Shown: one piece after another, positions 1-12,530 of the stretch
Layout: every line of letters begins with the position of its first letter
Position numbering within the stretch: the stretch's first letter is position 1
Origin: Escherichia coli
GTDB lineage: Bacteria > Pseudomonadota > Gammaproteobacteria > Enterobacterales > Enterobacteriaceae
Direction: 5' to 3' (one strand)
NCBI RefSeq assembly: GCF_024223415.1
Contig: NZ_CP100500.1
DNA length: 64,000 nucleotides
Notes under the pieces: generated by a model
Database searches by the model: none
Seen by the model: the letters and a program-made list of their open reading frames with translations, nothing else
Told to the model about the DNA's origin: nothing
Program-made: the position numbers and the translations under genes

Positions 1-602
1 ACGAGGTAGTGAGTAAAAAATGGCAGGGCAGAGCGGTAGTGACCTTCTGTCGTCGCCATATTGGTATTCCGCTGGAGAAAGCGCCAGGGGAGTGGGTACA
101 CAGTGTGGCTGCACCGCATGAGCTACCGGCATTATTGGCGCGTATTTATTTGATCGAGATGGAGAGCGACGATCCTGCTAACGCTCTGACGTCGACGGAC
201 AAAGCGGTCAGCGATAATGACGATATGATGATTCTGGTCGTGGATGATCATCCGATTAACCGACGTCTGCTGGCAGATCAGTTGGGATCGTTGGGCTATC
301 AATGTAAAACCGCGAATGATGGCGTCGATGCGCTTAATGTACTTAGCAAGAATCATATTGATATCGTGCTTAGCGACGTCAACATGCCAAATATGGATGG
401 TTACCGCTTGACGCAACGCATTCGTCAGTTGGGACTGACGTTGCCGGTAATCGGAGTAACTGCTAATGCGTTGGCTGAAGAGAAGCAGCGGTGTCTGGAG
501 TCCGGTATGGACAGCTGCCTCTCGAAGCCGGTAACGCTGGATGTGATAAAACAGACGCTGACGGTATATGCCGAGAGGGTCAGGAAATCGCGGGAATCGT
601 AG
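1..602 (+). CDS. rcsC: Hybrid sensor kinase RcsC, C-terminal receiver part (gene begins upstream of the window)
   Basis: The frame is open to the window edge. It carries the receiver-domain motif MILVVDDHPINRRLL...SDVNMPNMDGY and lies convergent with rcsB/rcsD as in E. coli. Confidence 0.9.
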   Translation, partial: EVVSKKWQGRAVVTFCRRHIGIPLEKAPGEWVHSVAAPHELPALLARIYLIEMESDDPANALTSTDKAVSDNDDMMILVVDDHPINRRLLADQLGSLGYQCKTANDGVDALNVLSKNHIDIVLSDVNMPNMDGYRLTQRIRQLGLTLPVIGVTANALAEEKQRCLESGMDSCLSKPVTLDVIKQTLTVYAERVRKSRES

Positions 603-800
603 GACGGATAAGGTGTTTATGCCGCATCAGGCATTCAGTGCAAATGCCAGATGCGACGCTGACGCGTCTTATCTGGCCTACTTTAATGTAATCTGTTGAA
701 ATAATGGGAATCGTAGGACGGATAAGGCGTTTACGCCGCATCCGGCAATCGGTGCAAATGCCAGATAAGACACTAACGCGTCTTATCTGGCCTACAGGTG
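598..800. repeat. REP/BIME element with two ~100-bp direct copies of paired palindromic units
   Basis: The string cgtaggacggataagg..gccgcatc.ggca..gccagat..acgcgtcttatctggcctac occurs twice in tandem between the convergent rcsC and rcsB genes. Confidence 0.8.
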
Positions 801-801
801 A

Positions 802-1452
802 TTAGTCTTTATCTGCCGGACTTAAGGTCACTGAAGAGAGATAATTCAGCAGGGCGATATCGTTCTCGACACCCAGCTTCATCATCGCAGATTTCTTCTG
901 GCTACTGATGGTTTTAATACTGCGGTTCAGCTTTTTAGCGATCTCGGTCACCAGGAAGCCTTCCGCAAACAGGCGCAGAACTTCACTCTCTTTTGGCGAG
1001 AGACGCTTGTCACCGTAACCACCAGCACTGATTTTTTCCAACAGGCGAGAAACGCTTTCCGGGGTAAATTTCTTCCCTTTCTGCAGCGCGGCGAGAGCTT
1101 TCGGCAGATCGGTCGGTGCACCTTGTTTCAGCACGATCCCTTCGATATCCAGATCCAATACCGCACTAAGAATCGCCGGGTTGTTGTTCATAGTCAGAAC
1201 AATGATCGACAGGCTTGGGAAATGGCGCTTGATGTACTTGATTAAGGTAATGCCATCGCCGTACTTATCGCCAGGCATGGAGAGATCGGTAATCAACACA
1301 TGCGCATCCAGTTTCGGCAGGTTGTTGATCAGTGCTGTAGAGTCTTCAAATTCGCCGACAACATTCACCCACTCAATTTGCTCAAGTGATTTGCGAATAC
1401 CGAACAAGACTATCGGATGGTCATCGGCAATAATTACGTTCATATTGTTCAT
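802..1452 (-). CDS. rcsB: Response regulator RcsB (LuxR/FixJ family)
   Basis: The ORF is 802..1497. The accepted start MNNMNVIIADDHP is at 1452. It has a receiver domain plus a C-terminal HTH (LSPKESEVLRLFAEGFLVTEIAKKLNRSIKTISSQK). Confidence 0.95.
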   Translation of the reverse strand: MNNMNVIIADDHPIVLFGIRKSLEQIEWVNVVGEFEDSTALINNLPKLDAHVLITDLSMPGDKYGDGITLIKYIKRHFPSLSIIVLTMNNNPAILSAVLDLDIEGIVLKQGAPTDLPKALAALQKGKKFTPESVSRLLEKISAGGYGDKRLSPKESEVLRLFAEGFLVTEIAKKLNRSIKTISSQKKSAMMKLGVENDIALLNYLSSVTLSPADKD

Positions 1453-1468
1453 GTAATAGGCTACCTTG

Positions 1469-4141
1469 CTACAGCAAGCTCTTGACATAACTGTCAATGT
1501 CGCTGATGTATTTTTCTATTCCTGGAACATCCTTCTCACGAATCAGATGTTCCAGCGTTTCACATAACTGCTTGCCGGGTACCAGATTTAGCATGGCAAA
1601 TACGCCTTTAAGACGATGAGCCGTTTGGGCTAACGCAGCAAAGTCACTGGTTGCTGCTTCAGTATACAGCCTCTTAACATCATCCGGTACTGTGTCTACA
1701 AAGAGCGCATAATAGCCGCTGGCATGGAGTTGCGCATTTTCATCTCCGCCCAGAGGCGATTCTGTCACCTCTTCCTGCGCCAGTTGCACTTCAATTAATT
1801 GTAAGACCGCTTCCTGCATAGCGTTGCTCATATTGAAGTTGACGCACAATTGACCAGGCCCAATTTCTCGTACGCCAGACTCATCATCGCTTAAAAGCAA
1901 GCCAGAGGCAGTAAGATTAGACGGATTATCCGTTAAAAAGATATCATAATCTTGACTAATTAATCTTTCATCGGGTGTGATACAGGTTGCACCCCAATTT
2001 TCTAACTGGCGAGTGACAATATTCCGAATTTCTGCCGAAGTAACATCCACCATTACGCAGACATCATCCAGTAAACGCTCTTCTTCCTCTTCAACTTCCG
2101 GGTCAGCTGCGAGCATTTTGATATGCACAGAGTAGCGTGTACCAAGCCCATCCCGCGTTTTGATGTTTAAATGACCGCCCAGTTTACGTGCCAGTTGATC
2201 GCTCAGCCAGAATGCCAGCGGGTCCGCCTTGCCATAGCGATCGTTTTGGGTCTGGTTGATAAACGGGAAGTGCAAATTATCCATTTCATGAATGCTTACG
2301 CCTTCTCCGGTGTCCAGAATGCGGAACGTCAGGCGGTCTTCGGAGGACTCATCCTGATCAACCTCAAGGGTGATTTTTCCCAATTGCGTTGAGGTCACGG
2401 CATATTGCATCAGTAGCAGCAAAATACGTCGTAAGGCATCGCGATCGCCGCGGCGCATATCGTGTGCTTTCAGATGATTGTTAATCAGCAGTTGCAGACC
2501 TTTACGCTTGATGGCAGGCAACACTGAAGGCACAACTTCATCAATTAAATCCTGCACGGAGAACAGCACCGTCTCACTTTTCCAGCTATCGTCCGCAAGC
2601 ATGTTCGCTAACTGTATTTCATCGACCAGCCGCACCAGCACATCTGCCTGATTCGCCAGTTGTTTGCTTTCCGGGGCGTTGAGTTTAGCCGCGCTCTCCG
2701 CCAGGGACTGTGCAGGTTCTTTCAGCGCATCGCCAATGTTTTTCATAAAGGTCATCCGCCCCTGCTGGTTTTTCTCATACAGACGCTGCGCCTGCTTGAG
2801 TTTCTTGTTTACCAGCACTTCGCGATCCTGATCGCGAATAATGAAAATTTGTGTGCGCGGCGCAACCTGGCTGCGGAACATGCGGATCTCATACAGCTCG
2901 TTATTGATCGTCGCCTGAATAATCCCCTGATGCTGTTCCGCCATGGTGGTGATGTTTTGCAGATTCAAATGCGGCAGCAAATGATCGGCAATTTTGTTAC
3001 TTATGACAGTGCGGTTCGATTCCTGATCGTGAACCAGCAGGCCGAGCGGCAGCAGTGAGACTATCTCTTCATTGATTGCCCGTAAAATGCGCAATTCGTT
3101 ATTGACCGCCGTGCTGGGGACGCTTTCTGTACTGCGGCTGGAGAAATGGCGGAATGTGGTATAGCCAAATAACGCCAGCGCCAGCAAACCGATGTTCAGC
3201 AGCAGTGGCAGCAGAATGTTTTGCAACGTATCCAGCAGTAAGGTGCCATAAGGAACCTGCCAGACCAGTCGCATATCGGTAGAGTTGAGTGCCGAGGAGA
3301 TTTCAATCTTCGTACTGTTAAAGTGGATACTGACGCTATCCGTCCCTTCTTTCTCATTATCATTGTCTCCCGTTGCCGTCGCGTCTGGCTCAAGGCGGAA
3401 ACTGTCCAGCGGCATACCCGGTGGGATCAAATCATTAATCGGCAGATCAAAAGCCACGACCGTTGCCAGATGTCCCGGCTGGTTGAACGTGGTACGCAAG
3501 GTAAAGTAATGACCGTTCTGCCAGGCCAGGCGGCGCATGTTAGAAAAACTTTCGCGTTCATCGAGGGCGTTGGCCTGTTGCAACATCTCTGCACGACGTG
3601 AATCAACAATGTCACTGACGGTCGATTCTTTAAATCCGGAGGTGAGATCTTTGAGGGGCAGGGTTGAGATCAGCACCAGACTGTTATCCTGACCATTCAG
3701 GTAATACATTGACCACGGTACATTTTCTGCGCCCCACAATGTGTCCAGATAGGTGGACATCCGCTGAGTCATCTCAAGCGTTGAGTTGTCGTGAGAGCCA
3801 AAGATTAACGCTTCCGTTTTGCGACGCGGTTTTTCCAGATAGTAGACATCCTGTTTCAGGCGCGTCTCTTGTAAACCTTCGCCGGAGGAGGGGGAGGTCG
3901 TCGCGGCAATGTTGTCGTAGATCTGCCAGGTCACGTAACGCCAGGTATCGACGCGCTTTTGGATAGCGTGGGTAATGTCGACAATCTGGTAACTTTTATC
4001 TTTCAGCCAGGCGTTAACGGCGCTTTGTACCATTACCCCCATCGTCACCAGTAACACAATGATCAACAGTAAAAAGAAGCGGGTAATGCTCCCCGGTAGG
4101 AGTGAAAAGCGGGTCGTGGCCGTTGTCTCTTTCTGACGCAT
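1469..4141 (-). CDS. rcsD: Phosphotransfer intermediate RcsD (YojN)
   Basis: This is an 890-aa ORF with N-terminal transmembrane segments and a C-terminal HPt motif (AHRLKGVFAMLNL), immediately upstream of rcsB. Confidence 0.93.
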   Translation of the reverse strand: MRQKETTATTRFSLLPGSITRFFLLLIIVLLVTMGVMVQSAVNAWLKDKSYQIVDITHAIQKRVDTWRYVTWQIYDNIAATTSPSSGEGLQETRLKQDVYYLEKPRRKTEALIFGSHDNSTLEMTQRMSTYLDTLWGAENVPWSMYYLNGQDNSLVLISTLPLKDLTSGFKESTVSDIVDSRRAEMLQQANALDERESFSNMRRLAWQNGHYFTLRTTFNQPGHLATVVAFDLPINDLIPPGMPLDSFRLEPDATATGDNDNEKEGTDSVSIHFNSTKIEISSALNSTDMRLVWQVPYGTLLLDTLQNILLPLLLNIGLLALALFGYTTFRHFSSRSTESVPSTAVNNELRILRAINEEIVSLLPLGLLVHDQESNRTVISNKIADHLLPHLNLQNITTMAEQHQGIIQATINNELYEIRMFRSQVAPRTQIFIIRDQDREVLVNKKLKQAQRLYEKNQQGRMTFMKNIGDALKEPAQSLAESAAKLNAPESKQLANQADVLVRLVDEIQLANMLADDSWKSETVLFSVQDLIDEVVPSVLPAIKRKGLQLLINNHLKAHDMRRGDRDALRRILLLLMQYAVTSTQLGKITLEVDQDESSEDRLTFRILDTGEGVSIHEMDNLHFPFINQTQNDRYGKADPLAFWLSDQLARKLGGHLNIKTRDGLGTRYSVHIKMLAADPEVEEEEERLLDDVCVMVDVTSAEIRNIVTRQLENWGATCITPDERLISQDYDIFLTDNPSNLTASGLLLSDDESGVREIGPGQLCVNFNMSNAMQEAVLQLIEVQLAQEEVTESPLGGDENAQLHASGYYALFVDTVPDDVKRLYTEAATSDFAALAQTAHRLKGVFAMLNLVPGKQLCETLEHLIREKDVPGIEKYISDIDSYVKSLL

Positions 4142-4452
4142 TCGTGTTTATGACCTGTTAAAACTTCGCGAAGTGATAGGGCAGTATAAAGGGTACAGTG
4201 TGAAATTCCAGACTCTTACCTGATTGATGATTCTCTATTCTCCCGTGATATTTATCATCCTGCATTGGGGGAAATAGATGTACAAGCGCCATTTTGCTGT
4301 ACAAATAACCTACAAAAAGCCCAACGAAAATAATTGCAAATAAACAAAGATTGCTGGAAATTATGCTGATGTTAATTATTTGTGAAATAGTTAACAAGCG
4401 TTATAGTTTTTCTCTGGTAGCACAGAATAATGAAAAGTGTGTAAAGAAGGGT

Positions 4453-4545
4453 AAAAAAAACCGGATGCGAGGCATCCGGTTGAAATAGGGGTAAACAGAC
4501 ATTCAGAAATGAATGACGGTAATAAATAAAGTTAATGATGATAGC
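4453..4545 (-). ncRNA. micF: MicF antisense sRNA
   Basis: The minus strand reads GCTATCATCATTAACTTTATTTATTACCGTCATTCATTTCTGAATGTCTGTTTACCCCTATTTCAACCGGATGCCTCGCATCCGGTTTTTTTT, which matches my memory of micF. It is divergent from ompC and ends in a terminator hairpin plus U-run. Confidence 0.85.
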
Positions 4546-4700
4546 GGGAGTTATTCTAGTTGCGAGTGAAGGTTTTGTTTTGACATTCAGTGCTGTCAAA
4601 TACTTAAGAATAAGTTATTGATTTTAACCTTGAATTATTATTGCTTGATGTTAGGTGCTTATTTCGCCATTCCGCAATAATCTTAAAAAGTTCCCTTCTA

Positions 4701-4762
4701 TTTACATTTTGAAACATCTATAGCGATAAATGAAACATCTTAAAAGTTTTAGTATCATATTC
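4701..4762 (+). promoter_or_regulatory. ompC upstream OmpR-binding boxes (C1-C3)
   Basis: Three tandem ~20-bp units are present: TTTACATTTTGAAACATCTA, TAGCGATAAATGAAACATCT and TAAAAGTTTTAGTATCATAT. They lie upstream of a GAGAAT -10-like hexamer and fit the known ompC promoter architecture. Confidence 0.6.
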
Positions 4763-4879
4763 GTGTTGGATTATTCTGCATTTTTGGGGAGAATGGACTT
4801 GCCGACTGATTAATGAGGGTTAATCAGTATGCAGTGGCATAAAAAAGCAAATAAAGGCATATAACAGAGGGTTAATAAC

Positions 4880-5992
4880 ATGAAAGTTAAAGTACTGTCC
4901 CTCCTGGTCCCAGCTCTGCTGGTAGCAGGCGCAGCAAACGCTGCTGAAGTTTACAACAAAGACGGCAACAAATTAGATCTGTACGGTAAAGTAGACGGCC
5001 TGCACTATTTCTCCGACAACGATAAGGTTGATGGCGACAAGACCTACATGCGTCTTGGCTTCAAAGGTGAAACTCAGGTTACTGACCAGCTGACCGGTTA
5101 CGGCCAGTGGGAATATCAGATCCAGGGCAACGCTCCTGAAAGCGAAAACAACTCCTGGACCCGTGTGGCATTTGCTGGTCTGAAATTCCAGGACGTTGGT
5201 TCTTTCGACTACGGTCGTAACTACGGCGTTGTTTACGACGTAACCTCCTGGACCGACGTGCTGCCAGAATTCGGTGGCGACACCTACGGTTCTGACAACT
5301 TCATGCAGCAGCGTGGTAACGGCTTCGCGACCTACCGTAACACCGACTTCTTCGGTCTGGTTGACGGCCTGAACTTTGCTGTTCAGTACCAGGGCAAAAA
5401 CGGTAGCGTAAGCGGCGAAGGCATGACCAACAACGGTCGTGATGCTCTTGAGCAGAACGGTGACGGTGTTGGTGGTTCTATCACTTATGACATCGGTGAA
5501 GGCTTCAGCTTCGGTGGTGCGATCTCCAGCTCCAAACGCACCGCAGAGCAGAACAACAGTGCTCGTTTCATCGGTAATGGTGATCGTGCAGAAACCTACA
5601 CTGGTGGTCTGAAATACGACGCTAACAACATCTACCTGGCTGCTCAGTACACCCAGACTTATAACGCAACTCTGGCTGGTGATTTAGGCTGGGCGAACAA
5701 AGCCCAGAACTTTGAAGTGGTTGCCCAGTATCAGTTCGACTTCGGTCTGCGTCCTTCTGTTGCTTACCTGCAGTCCAAAGGTAAAAATCTGAATGCCAAC
5801 ATCGCTGGTCGTACTTACGACGACGAAGATCTGGTGAAATATGTTGATGTTGGTGCTACCTACTACTTCAACAAAAACATGTCCACCTATGTTGATTACA
5901 AAATCAACCTGCTGGACGACAATAACTTCACCCGCGCTGCTGGCATCAACACTGATGACATCGTAGCTCTGGGTCTGGTTTACCAGTTCTAA
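4880..5992 (+). CDS. ompC: Outer membrane porin OmpC (non-K-12 allele, 370 aa)
   Basis: The signal peptide [21 protein letters not shown], the [24 protein letters not shown] start and the terminal LGLVYQF are all present. The RBS is GAGGG. Confidence 0.95.
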   Translation: MKVKVLSLLVPALLVAGAANAAEVYNKDGNKLDLYGKVDGLHYFSDNDKVDGDKTYMRLGFKGETQVTDQLTGYGQWEYQIQGNAPESENNSWTRVAFAGLKFQDVGSFDYGRNYGVVYDVTSWTDVLPEFGGDTYGSDNFMQQRGNGFATYRNTDFFGLVDGLNFAVQYQGKNGSVSGEGMTNNGRDALEQNGDGVGGSITYDIGEGFSFGGAISSSKRTAEQNNSARFIGNGDRAETYTGGLKYDANNIYLAAQYTQTYNATLAGDLGWANKAQNFEVVAQYQFDFGLRPSVAYLQSKGKNLNANIAGRTYDDEDLVKYVDVGATYYFNKNMSTYVDYKINLLDDNNFTRAAGINTDDIVALGLVYQF

Positions 5993-6013
5993 TCTCGATT
6001 TCTATCGAACAAA

Positions 6014-6033
6014 GGGCCTGCGGGCCCTTTTTT
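6014..6033 (+). terminator. Rho-independent terminator of ompC
   Basis: GGGCC-tgcg-GGCCC hairpin followed by TTTTTT. Confidence 0.8.
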
Positions 6034-6103
6034 CATTGTTTTCAGCGTACAAACTCAGTTTTTTGGTGTACTCTTGCGACCGTTCGCATGAGGATAATCA
6101 CGT

Positions 6104-7159
6104 ATGGAAATAAGCTTTACCCGCGTGGCACTGCTGGCTGCCGCGCTCTTCTTTGTTGGTTGCGATCAAAAACCACAACCCGCCAAAACCCACGCTACTG
6201 AAGTTACCGTTCTTGAAGGCAAAACTATGGGTACCTTCTGGCGTGCCAGCATCCCGGGCATTGACGCCAAACGCAGCGCCGAACTTAAAGAAAAGATTCA
6301 GACCCAGCTGGACGCCGACGATCAGCTGCTTTCGACCTATAAAAAAGATTCCGCGCTGATGCGCTTTAACGATTCGCAAAGTTTATCGCCGTGGCCGATA
6401 AGTGAAGCGATGGCCGAAATCGTCACTACCTCGCTGCGCATTGGCGCAAGGACCGATGGCGCGATGGATATAACCGTCGGGCCGCTGGTGAATCTGTGGG
6501 GCTTTGGCCCGGAACAACAGCCGGTTCAAATTCCGAGCCAGGAACAGATCGATGCGATGAAAGCCAAAACCGGCTTACAGCACCTGACGGTCATTAATCA
6601 GTCGCATCAGCAATATCTGCAAAAAGACCTGCCGGATTTATATGTCGATCTCTCCACCGTCGGTGAAGGTTATGCGGCGGATCACCTGGCACGCTTGATG
6701 GAGCAGGAAGGGATTTCCCGCTATCTGGTGTCGGTGGGCGGCGCGCTGAACAGCCGTGGTATGAACGGTGAAGGCCAGCCGTGGCGGGTAGCGATTCAAA
6801 AGCCAACCGATAAAGAAAATGCGGTTCAGGCCGTGGTGGATATCAACGGTCATGGTATTAGCACCTCTGGCAGCTACCGTAACTATTACGAACTGGACGG
6901 CAAACGTCTTTCCCATGTTATCGATCCGCAAACCGGGCGTCCCATCGAACACAATCTGGTATCTGTGACGGTGATTGCTCCGACGGCGCTGGAAGCCGAT
7001 GCCTGGGATACTGGCTTGATGGTCCTCGGGCCGGAGAAAGCCAAAGAGGTTGTTCGCCGGGAAGGGCTGGCGGTTTATATGATCACCAAAGAAGGCGATA
7101 GCTTTAAAACCTGGATGTCACCACAGTTTAAAAGCTTCCTTGTCAGCGAAAAAAATTAA
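6104..7159 (+). CDS. apbE: FAD:protein FMN transferase lipoprotein ApbE (Ftp)
   Basis: This is a 351-aa ORF with a lipobox (LFFVGC) and conserved ApbE family sequence. Its position between ompC and ada matches synteny. Confidence 0.9.
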   Translation: MEISFTRVALLAAALFFVGCDQKPQPAKTHATEVTVLEGKTMGTFWRASIPGIDAKRSAELKEKIQTQLDADDQLLSTYKKDSALMRFNDSQSLSPWPISEAMAEIVTTSLRIGARTDGAMDITVGPLVNLWGFGPEQQPVQIPSQEQIDAMKAKTGLQHLTVINQSHQQYLQKDLPDLYVDLSTVGEGYAADHLARLMEQEGISRYLVSVGGALNSRGMNGEGQPWRVAIQKPTDKENAVQAVVDINGHGISTSGSYRNYYELDGKRLSHVIDPQTGRPIEHNLVSVTVIAPTALEADAWDTGLMVLGPEKAKEVVRREGLAVYMITKEGDSFKTWMSPQFKSFLVSEKN

Positions 7160-7232
7160 AGCGCAAGATTGTTGGTTTTTGCGTGATGGTGGCCGGGCAG
7201 ACTAAAGGCTATCCTTAACCAGGGAGCTGATT

Positions 7233-8297
7233 ATGAAAAACGCCACATGCTTAACTGACGATCAACGCTGGCAATCTGTCTTAGCCCGCGACCCGAATGC
7301 CGACGGCGAATTCGTTTTCGCCGTGCGCACCACAGGCATCTTTTGCCGTCCGTCTTGCCGCGCCAGACATGCTTTGCGGGAAAACGTCTCCTTCTACGCA
7401 AATGCCAGCGAGGCACTCGCCGCCGGATTTCGCCCCTGCAAACGCTGCCAACCTGATAAAGCCAATGCCCAGCAACATCGGTTGGATAAAATCACCCACG
7501 CGTGTCGACTGCTGGAACAGGAAACGCCTGTAACGCTGGAAGCCTTAGCCGACCAGGTGGCGATGAGTCCGTTCCATCTGCATCGGTTGTTTAAAGCGAC
7601 TACCGGAATGACGCCTAAAGCCTGGCAACAGGCCTGGCGCGCTCGCCGTTTGCGCGAATCGCTGGCGAAAGGGGAGAGCGTGAAGACGTCTATTCTTAAT
7701 GCCGGATTCCCCGACAGCAGCAGTTACTACCGCAAAGCCGATGAAACGCTGGGCATGACGGCTAAACAATTCCGTCACGGTGGCGAAAATCTGGCGGTGC
7801 GTTACGCGCTGGCTGATTGTGAGCTGGGTCGTTGCCTGGTGGCAGAAAGCGAGCGGGGGATTTGCGCGATATTGCTGGGCGATGATGACGCGACACTAAT
7901 CAGCGAGTTGCAGCAGATGTTTCCCGCTGCCGACAACGCGCCTGCCGATCTGACGTTTCAGCAACATGTGCGTGAAGTGATCGCCAGCCTCAATCAACGC
8001 GATACGCCGCTGACGTTACCGCTGGATATTCGCGGCACTGCTTTTCAGCAACAAGTCTGGCAGGCACTGCGCACGATACCTTGCGGTGAAACCGTCAGTT
8101 ATCAGCAACTGGCTAACGCCATCGGCAAACCGAAAGCGGTACGGGCCGTTGCCAGTGCCTGTGCCGCCAACAAGCTGGCTATCGTAATTCCCTGTCATCG
8201 AGTGGTCCGTGGTGATGGCACACTTTCCGGTTACCGCTGGGGCGTGTCGCGTAAAGCGCAACTGCTGCGCCGCGAAGCTGAAAATGAGGAGAGGTAA
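7233..8297 (+). CDS. ada: Bifunctional Ada regulator / O6-methylguanine-DNA methyltransferase
   Basis: The N-terminal Zn Cys cluster (FCRPSCRARHA...PCKRCQP), an AraC HTH and the C-terminal PCHRV active site are present. An Ada-box-like AATTAAAGCGCAAG lies upstream at about 7154. Confidence 0.95.
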   Translation: MKNATCLTDDQRWQSVLARDPNADGEFVFAVRTTGIFCRPSCRARHALRENVSFYANASEALAAGFRPCKRCQPDKANAQQHRLDKITHACRLLEQETPVTLEALADQVAMSPFHLHRLFKATTGMTPKAWQQAWRARRLRESLAKGESVKTSILNAGFPDSSSYYRKADETLGMTAKQFRHGGENLAVRYALADCELGRCLVAESERGICAILLGDDDATLISELQQMFPAADNAPADLTFQQHVREVIASLNQRDTPLTLPLDIRGTAFQQQVWQALRTIPCGETVSYQQLANAIGKPKAVRAVASACAANKLAIVIPCHRVVRGDGTLSGYRWGVSRKAQLLRREAENEER

Positions 8298-8947
8298 TGT
8301 TGGATCTGTTTGCCGATGCTGAACCGTGGCAAGAGCCACTGGCGGCTGGTGCGGTGATTTTACGGCGTTTTGCTTTTAACGCTGCAGAGCAACTAATCCG
8401 CGATATTAATGACGTTGCCAGCCAGTCGCCGTTTCGCCAGATGGTCACCCCCGGGGGATATACCATGTCGGTGGCGATGACCAACTGTGGGCATCTGGGC
8501 TGGACGACCCATCGGCAAGGTTATCTCTATTCGCCCATTGATCCGCAAACAAATAAACCGTGGCCCGCCATGCCGCAGAGTTTTCATAATTTATGTCAAC
8601 GTGCGGCTACGGCGGCGGGCTATCCAGATTTCCAGCCAGATGTTTGTCTTATCAACCGCTACGCTCCTGGCGCGAAACTGTCGCTGCATCAGGATAAAGA
8701 CGAACCGGATCTGCGCGCGCCAATTGTTTCTGTTTCTCTGGGCTTACCCGCGATTTTTCAATTTGGTGGCCTGAAACGTAATGATCCGCTCAAACGTTTG
8801 TTGTTGGAACATGGCGATGTGGTGGTATGGGGCGGTGAATCGCGGCTGTTTTATCACGGTATTCAACCGTTGAAAGCGGGGTTTCATCCACTCACCACCG
8901 ACTGCCGCTACAACCTGACATTCCGTCAGGCAGGTAAAAAAGAATAA
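8297..8947 (+). CDS. alkB: Fe(II)/2-oxoglutarate DNA dioxygenase AlkB
   Basis: This is a 216-aa ORF whose start overlaps the ada stop (ATG/TAA overlap). It carries the HQDKDE and RYNLTFR motifs. Confidence 0.95.
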   Translation: MLDLFADAEPWQEPLAAGAVILRRFAFNAAEQLIRDINDVASQSPFRQMVTPGGYTMSVAMTNCGHLGWTTHRQGYLYSPIDPQTNKPWPAMPQSFHNLCQRAATAAGYPDFQPDVCLINRYAPGAKLSLHQDKDEPDLRAPIVSVSLGLPAIFQFGGLKRNDPLKRLLLEHGDVVVWGGESRLFYHGIQPLKAGFHPLTTDCRYNLTFRQAGKKE

Positions 8948-9022
8948 AAATAAGAATTATTATTGCTGTGCGCGCGAAGATGTTTAAACTGCGGGCTGTA
9001 ATTCATTGTCCGGGTTTTCTGC

Positions 9023-10666
9023 ATGGAACTTCTTGTACTTGTCTGGCGGCAGTATCGCTGGCCATTTATCAGTGTGATGGCGCTAAGCCTCGCCAGTGCG
9101 GCTTTAGGCATTGGCTTAATTGCTTTTATCAATCAGCGCCTTATCGAAACGGCGGATACCAGTCTGCTGGTGTTGCCGGAGTTTCTGGGATTATTGCTGC
9201 TGTTGATGGCAGTCACTCTCGGATCGCAACTGGCGCTCACCACTTTGGGGCATCACTTCGTTTACCGACTGCGTAGTGAATTTATCAAGCGGATTCTGGA
9301 TACCCACGTCGAGCGCATTGAACAACTCGGTAGCGCCTCGTTGCTGGCGGGATTAACCAGCGATGTGCGCAATATCACCATTGCTTTTGTGCGTCTGCCG
9401 GAACTGGTGCAGGGGATCATTCTCACTATCGGTTCCGCGGCGTATCTGTGGATGCTGTCGGGCAAAATGTTGCTGGTAACGGCTATCTGGATGGCAGTCA
9501 CCATCTGGGGCGGTTTTGTGCTGGTGGCGCGGGTGTACAAACATATGGCGACCCTGCGTGAAACCGAAGACAAGCTGTACACGGATTTTCAAACTGTACT
9601 TGAAGGGCGCAAAGAGCTGACTCTGAACCGGGAACGCGCCGAGTATGTGTTTAACAACCTCTACATTCCTGATGCGCAAGAGTATCGCCATCATATTATT
9701 CGCGCAGACACCTTCCATCTTAGTGCCGTGAACTGGTCAAACATCATGATGCTGGGCGCTATCGGCCTGGTGTTCTGGATGGCGAACAGTCTCGGTTGGG
9801 CTGATACCAACGTTGCCGCGACCTATTCGTTGACGCTTTTATTCCTGCGTACGCCGCTGCTTTCGGCGGTTGGCGCATTGCCGACGCTGCTGACGGCGCA
9901 GGTGGCGTTTAACAAGCTGAACAAATTCGCGCTCGCGCCTTTCAAAGCAGAATTTCCGTGCCCGCAGGCGTTTCCAAACTGGCAAACGCTGGAGCTGCGT
10001 AATGTGACGTTTGCTTATCAGGATAACGCGTTTTCCGTTGGTCCGATTAATCTCACCATCAAACGTGGCGAGCTGCTGTTTCTGATTGGCGGCAACGGTA
10101 GCGGAAAATCGACGCTGGCGATGTTGTTGACGGGCTTGTATCAGCCACAAAACGGCGAAATCTTGCTGGATGGCAAACCTGTCAGCGGCGAACAACCGGA
10201 AGATTATCGCAAACTGTTTTCGGCAGTGTTTACCGATGTCTGGCTGTTTGATCAACTGCTGGGGCCGGAGGGTAAACCCGCTAACCCGCAACTGGTTGAG
10301 AAGTGGCTGGCGCAGCTGAAAATGGCTCATAAGCTTGAGTTAAGCAACGGGCGTATTGTTAACCTGAAGTTATCAAAAGGGCAGAAAAAACGCGTGGCGC
10401 TGTTGCTGGCGCTGGCAGAAGAACGCGATATTATCCTGCTGGATGAATGGGCGGCGGATCAGGATCCACACTTCCGTCGTGAGTTTTATCAGGTGTTGCT
10501 GCCGCTGATGCAGGAGATGGGTAAAACTATTTTCGCTATCAGTCATGATGATCATTACTTTATCCACGCCGACCGCCTGCTGGAAATGCGCAACGGGCAA
10601 CTTAGCGAGCTGACGGGCGAAGAGCGCGATGCTGCTTCGCGTGATGCCGTTGCCCGGACGGCATAA
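9023..10666 (+). CDS. yojI: ABC transporter YojI (fused permease-ATPase, microcin J25 efflux)
   Basis: This is a 547-aa ORF with six predicted transmembrane segments, Walker [10 protein letters not shown], the signature LSKGQKKR and Walker [12 protein letters not shown]. Confidence 0.9.
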   Translation: MELLVLVWRQYRWPFISVMALSLASAALGIGLIAFINQRLIETADTSLLVLPEFLGLLLLLMAVTLGSQLALTTLGHHFVYRLRSEFIKRILDTHVERIEQLGSASLLAGLTSDVRNITIAFVRLPELVQGIILTIGSAAYLWMLSGKMLLVTAIWMAVTIWGGFVLVARVYKHMATLRETEDKLYTDFQTVLEGRKELTLNRERAEYVFNNLYIPDAQEYRHHIIRADTFHLSAVNWSNIMMLGAIGLVFWMANSLGWADTNVAATYSLTLLFLRTPLLSAVGALPTLLTAQVAFNKLNKFALAPFKAEFPCPQAFPNWQTLELRNVTFAYQDNAFSVGPINLTIKRGELLFLIGGNGSGKSTLAMLLTGLYQPQNGEILLDGKPVSGEQPEDYRKLFSAVFTDVWLFDQLLGPEGKPANPQLVEKWLAQLKMAHKLELSNGRIVNLKLSKGQKKRVALLLALAEERDIILLDEWAADQDPHFRREFYQVLLPLMQEMGKTIFAISHDDHYFIHADRLLEMRNGQLSELTGEERDAASRDAVARTA

Positions 10667-10871
10667 TATTACGACGCTGACCTGGCGGACTGCTGCCGCC
10701 AGGTCAATATGCTACAAATCCCTTCATTTCTAATAACCCTATAATTAATCAACGAAATTATAATGTTTCTAAAATTAGAATATAATTTATAAACATTATT
10801 TAAATGTTGTTACTTAAGTGTTACCGTTGATGCCGCGCAAATCTCACCTGCAATAAAGCGACTAAAAGTAA

Positions 10872-12530
<1,659 letters not shown>

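Noticed and set aside
4158-4599. ORFs of 79 and 75 aa between rcsD and ompC
   Set aside because: The region is the AT-rich rcsD-ompC intergenic segment containing micF and its promoter. The ORFs overlap micF, are hydrophobic or low-complexity, and lack RBSs.
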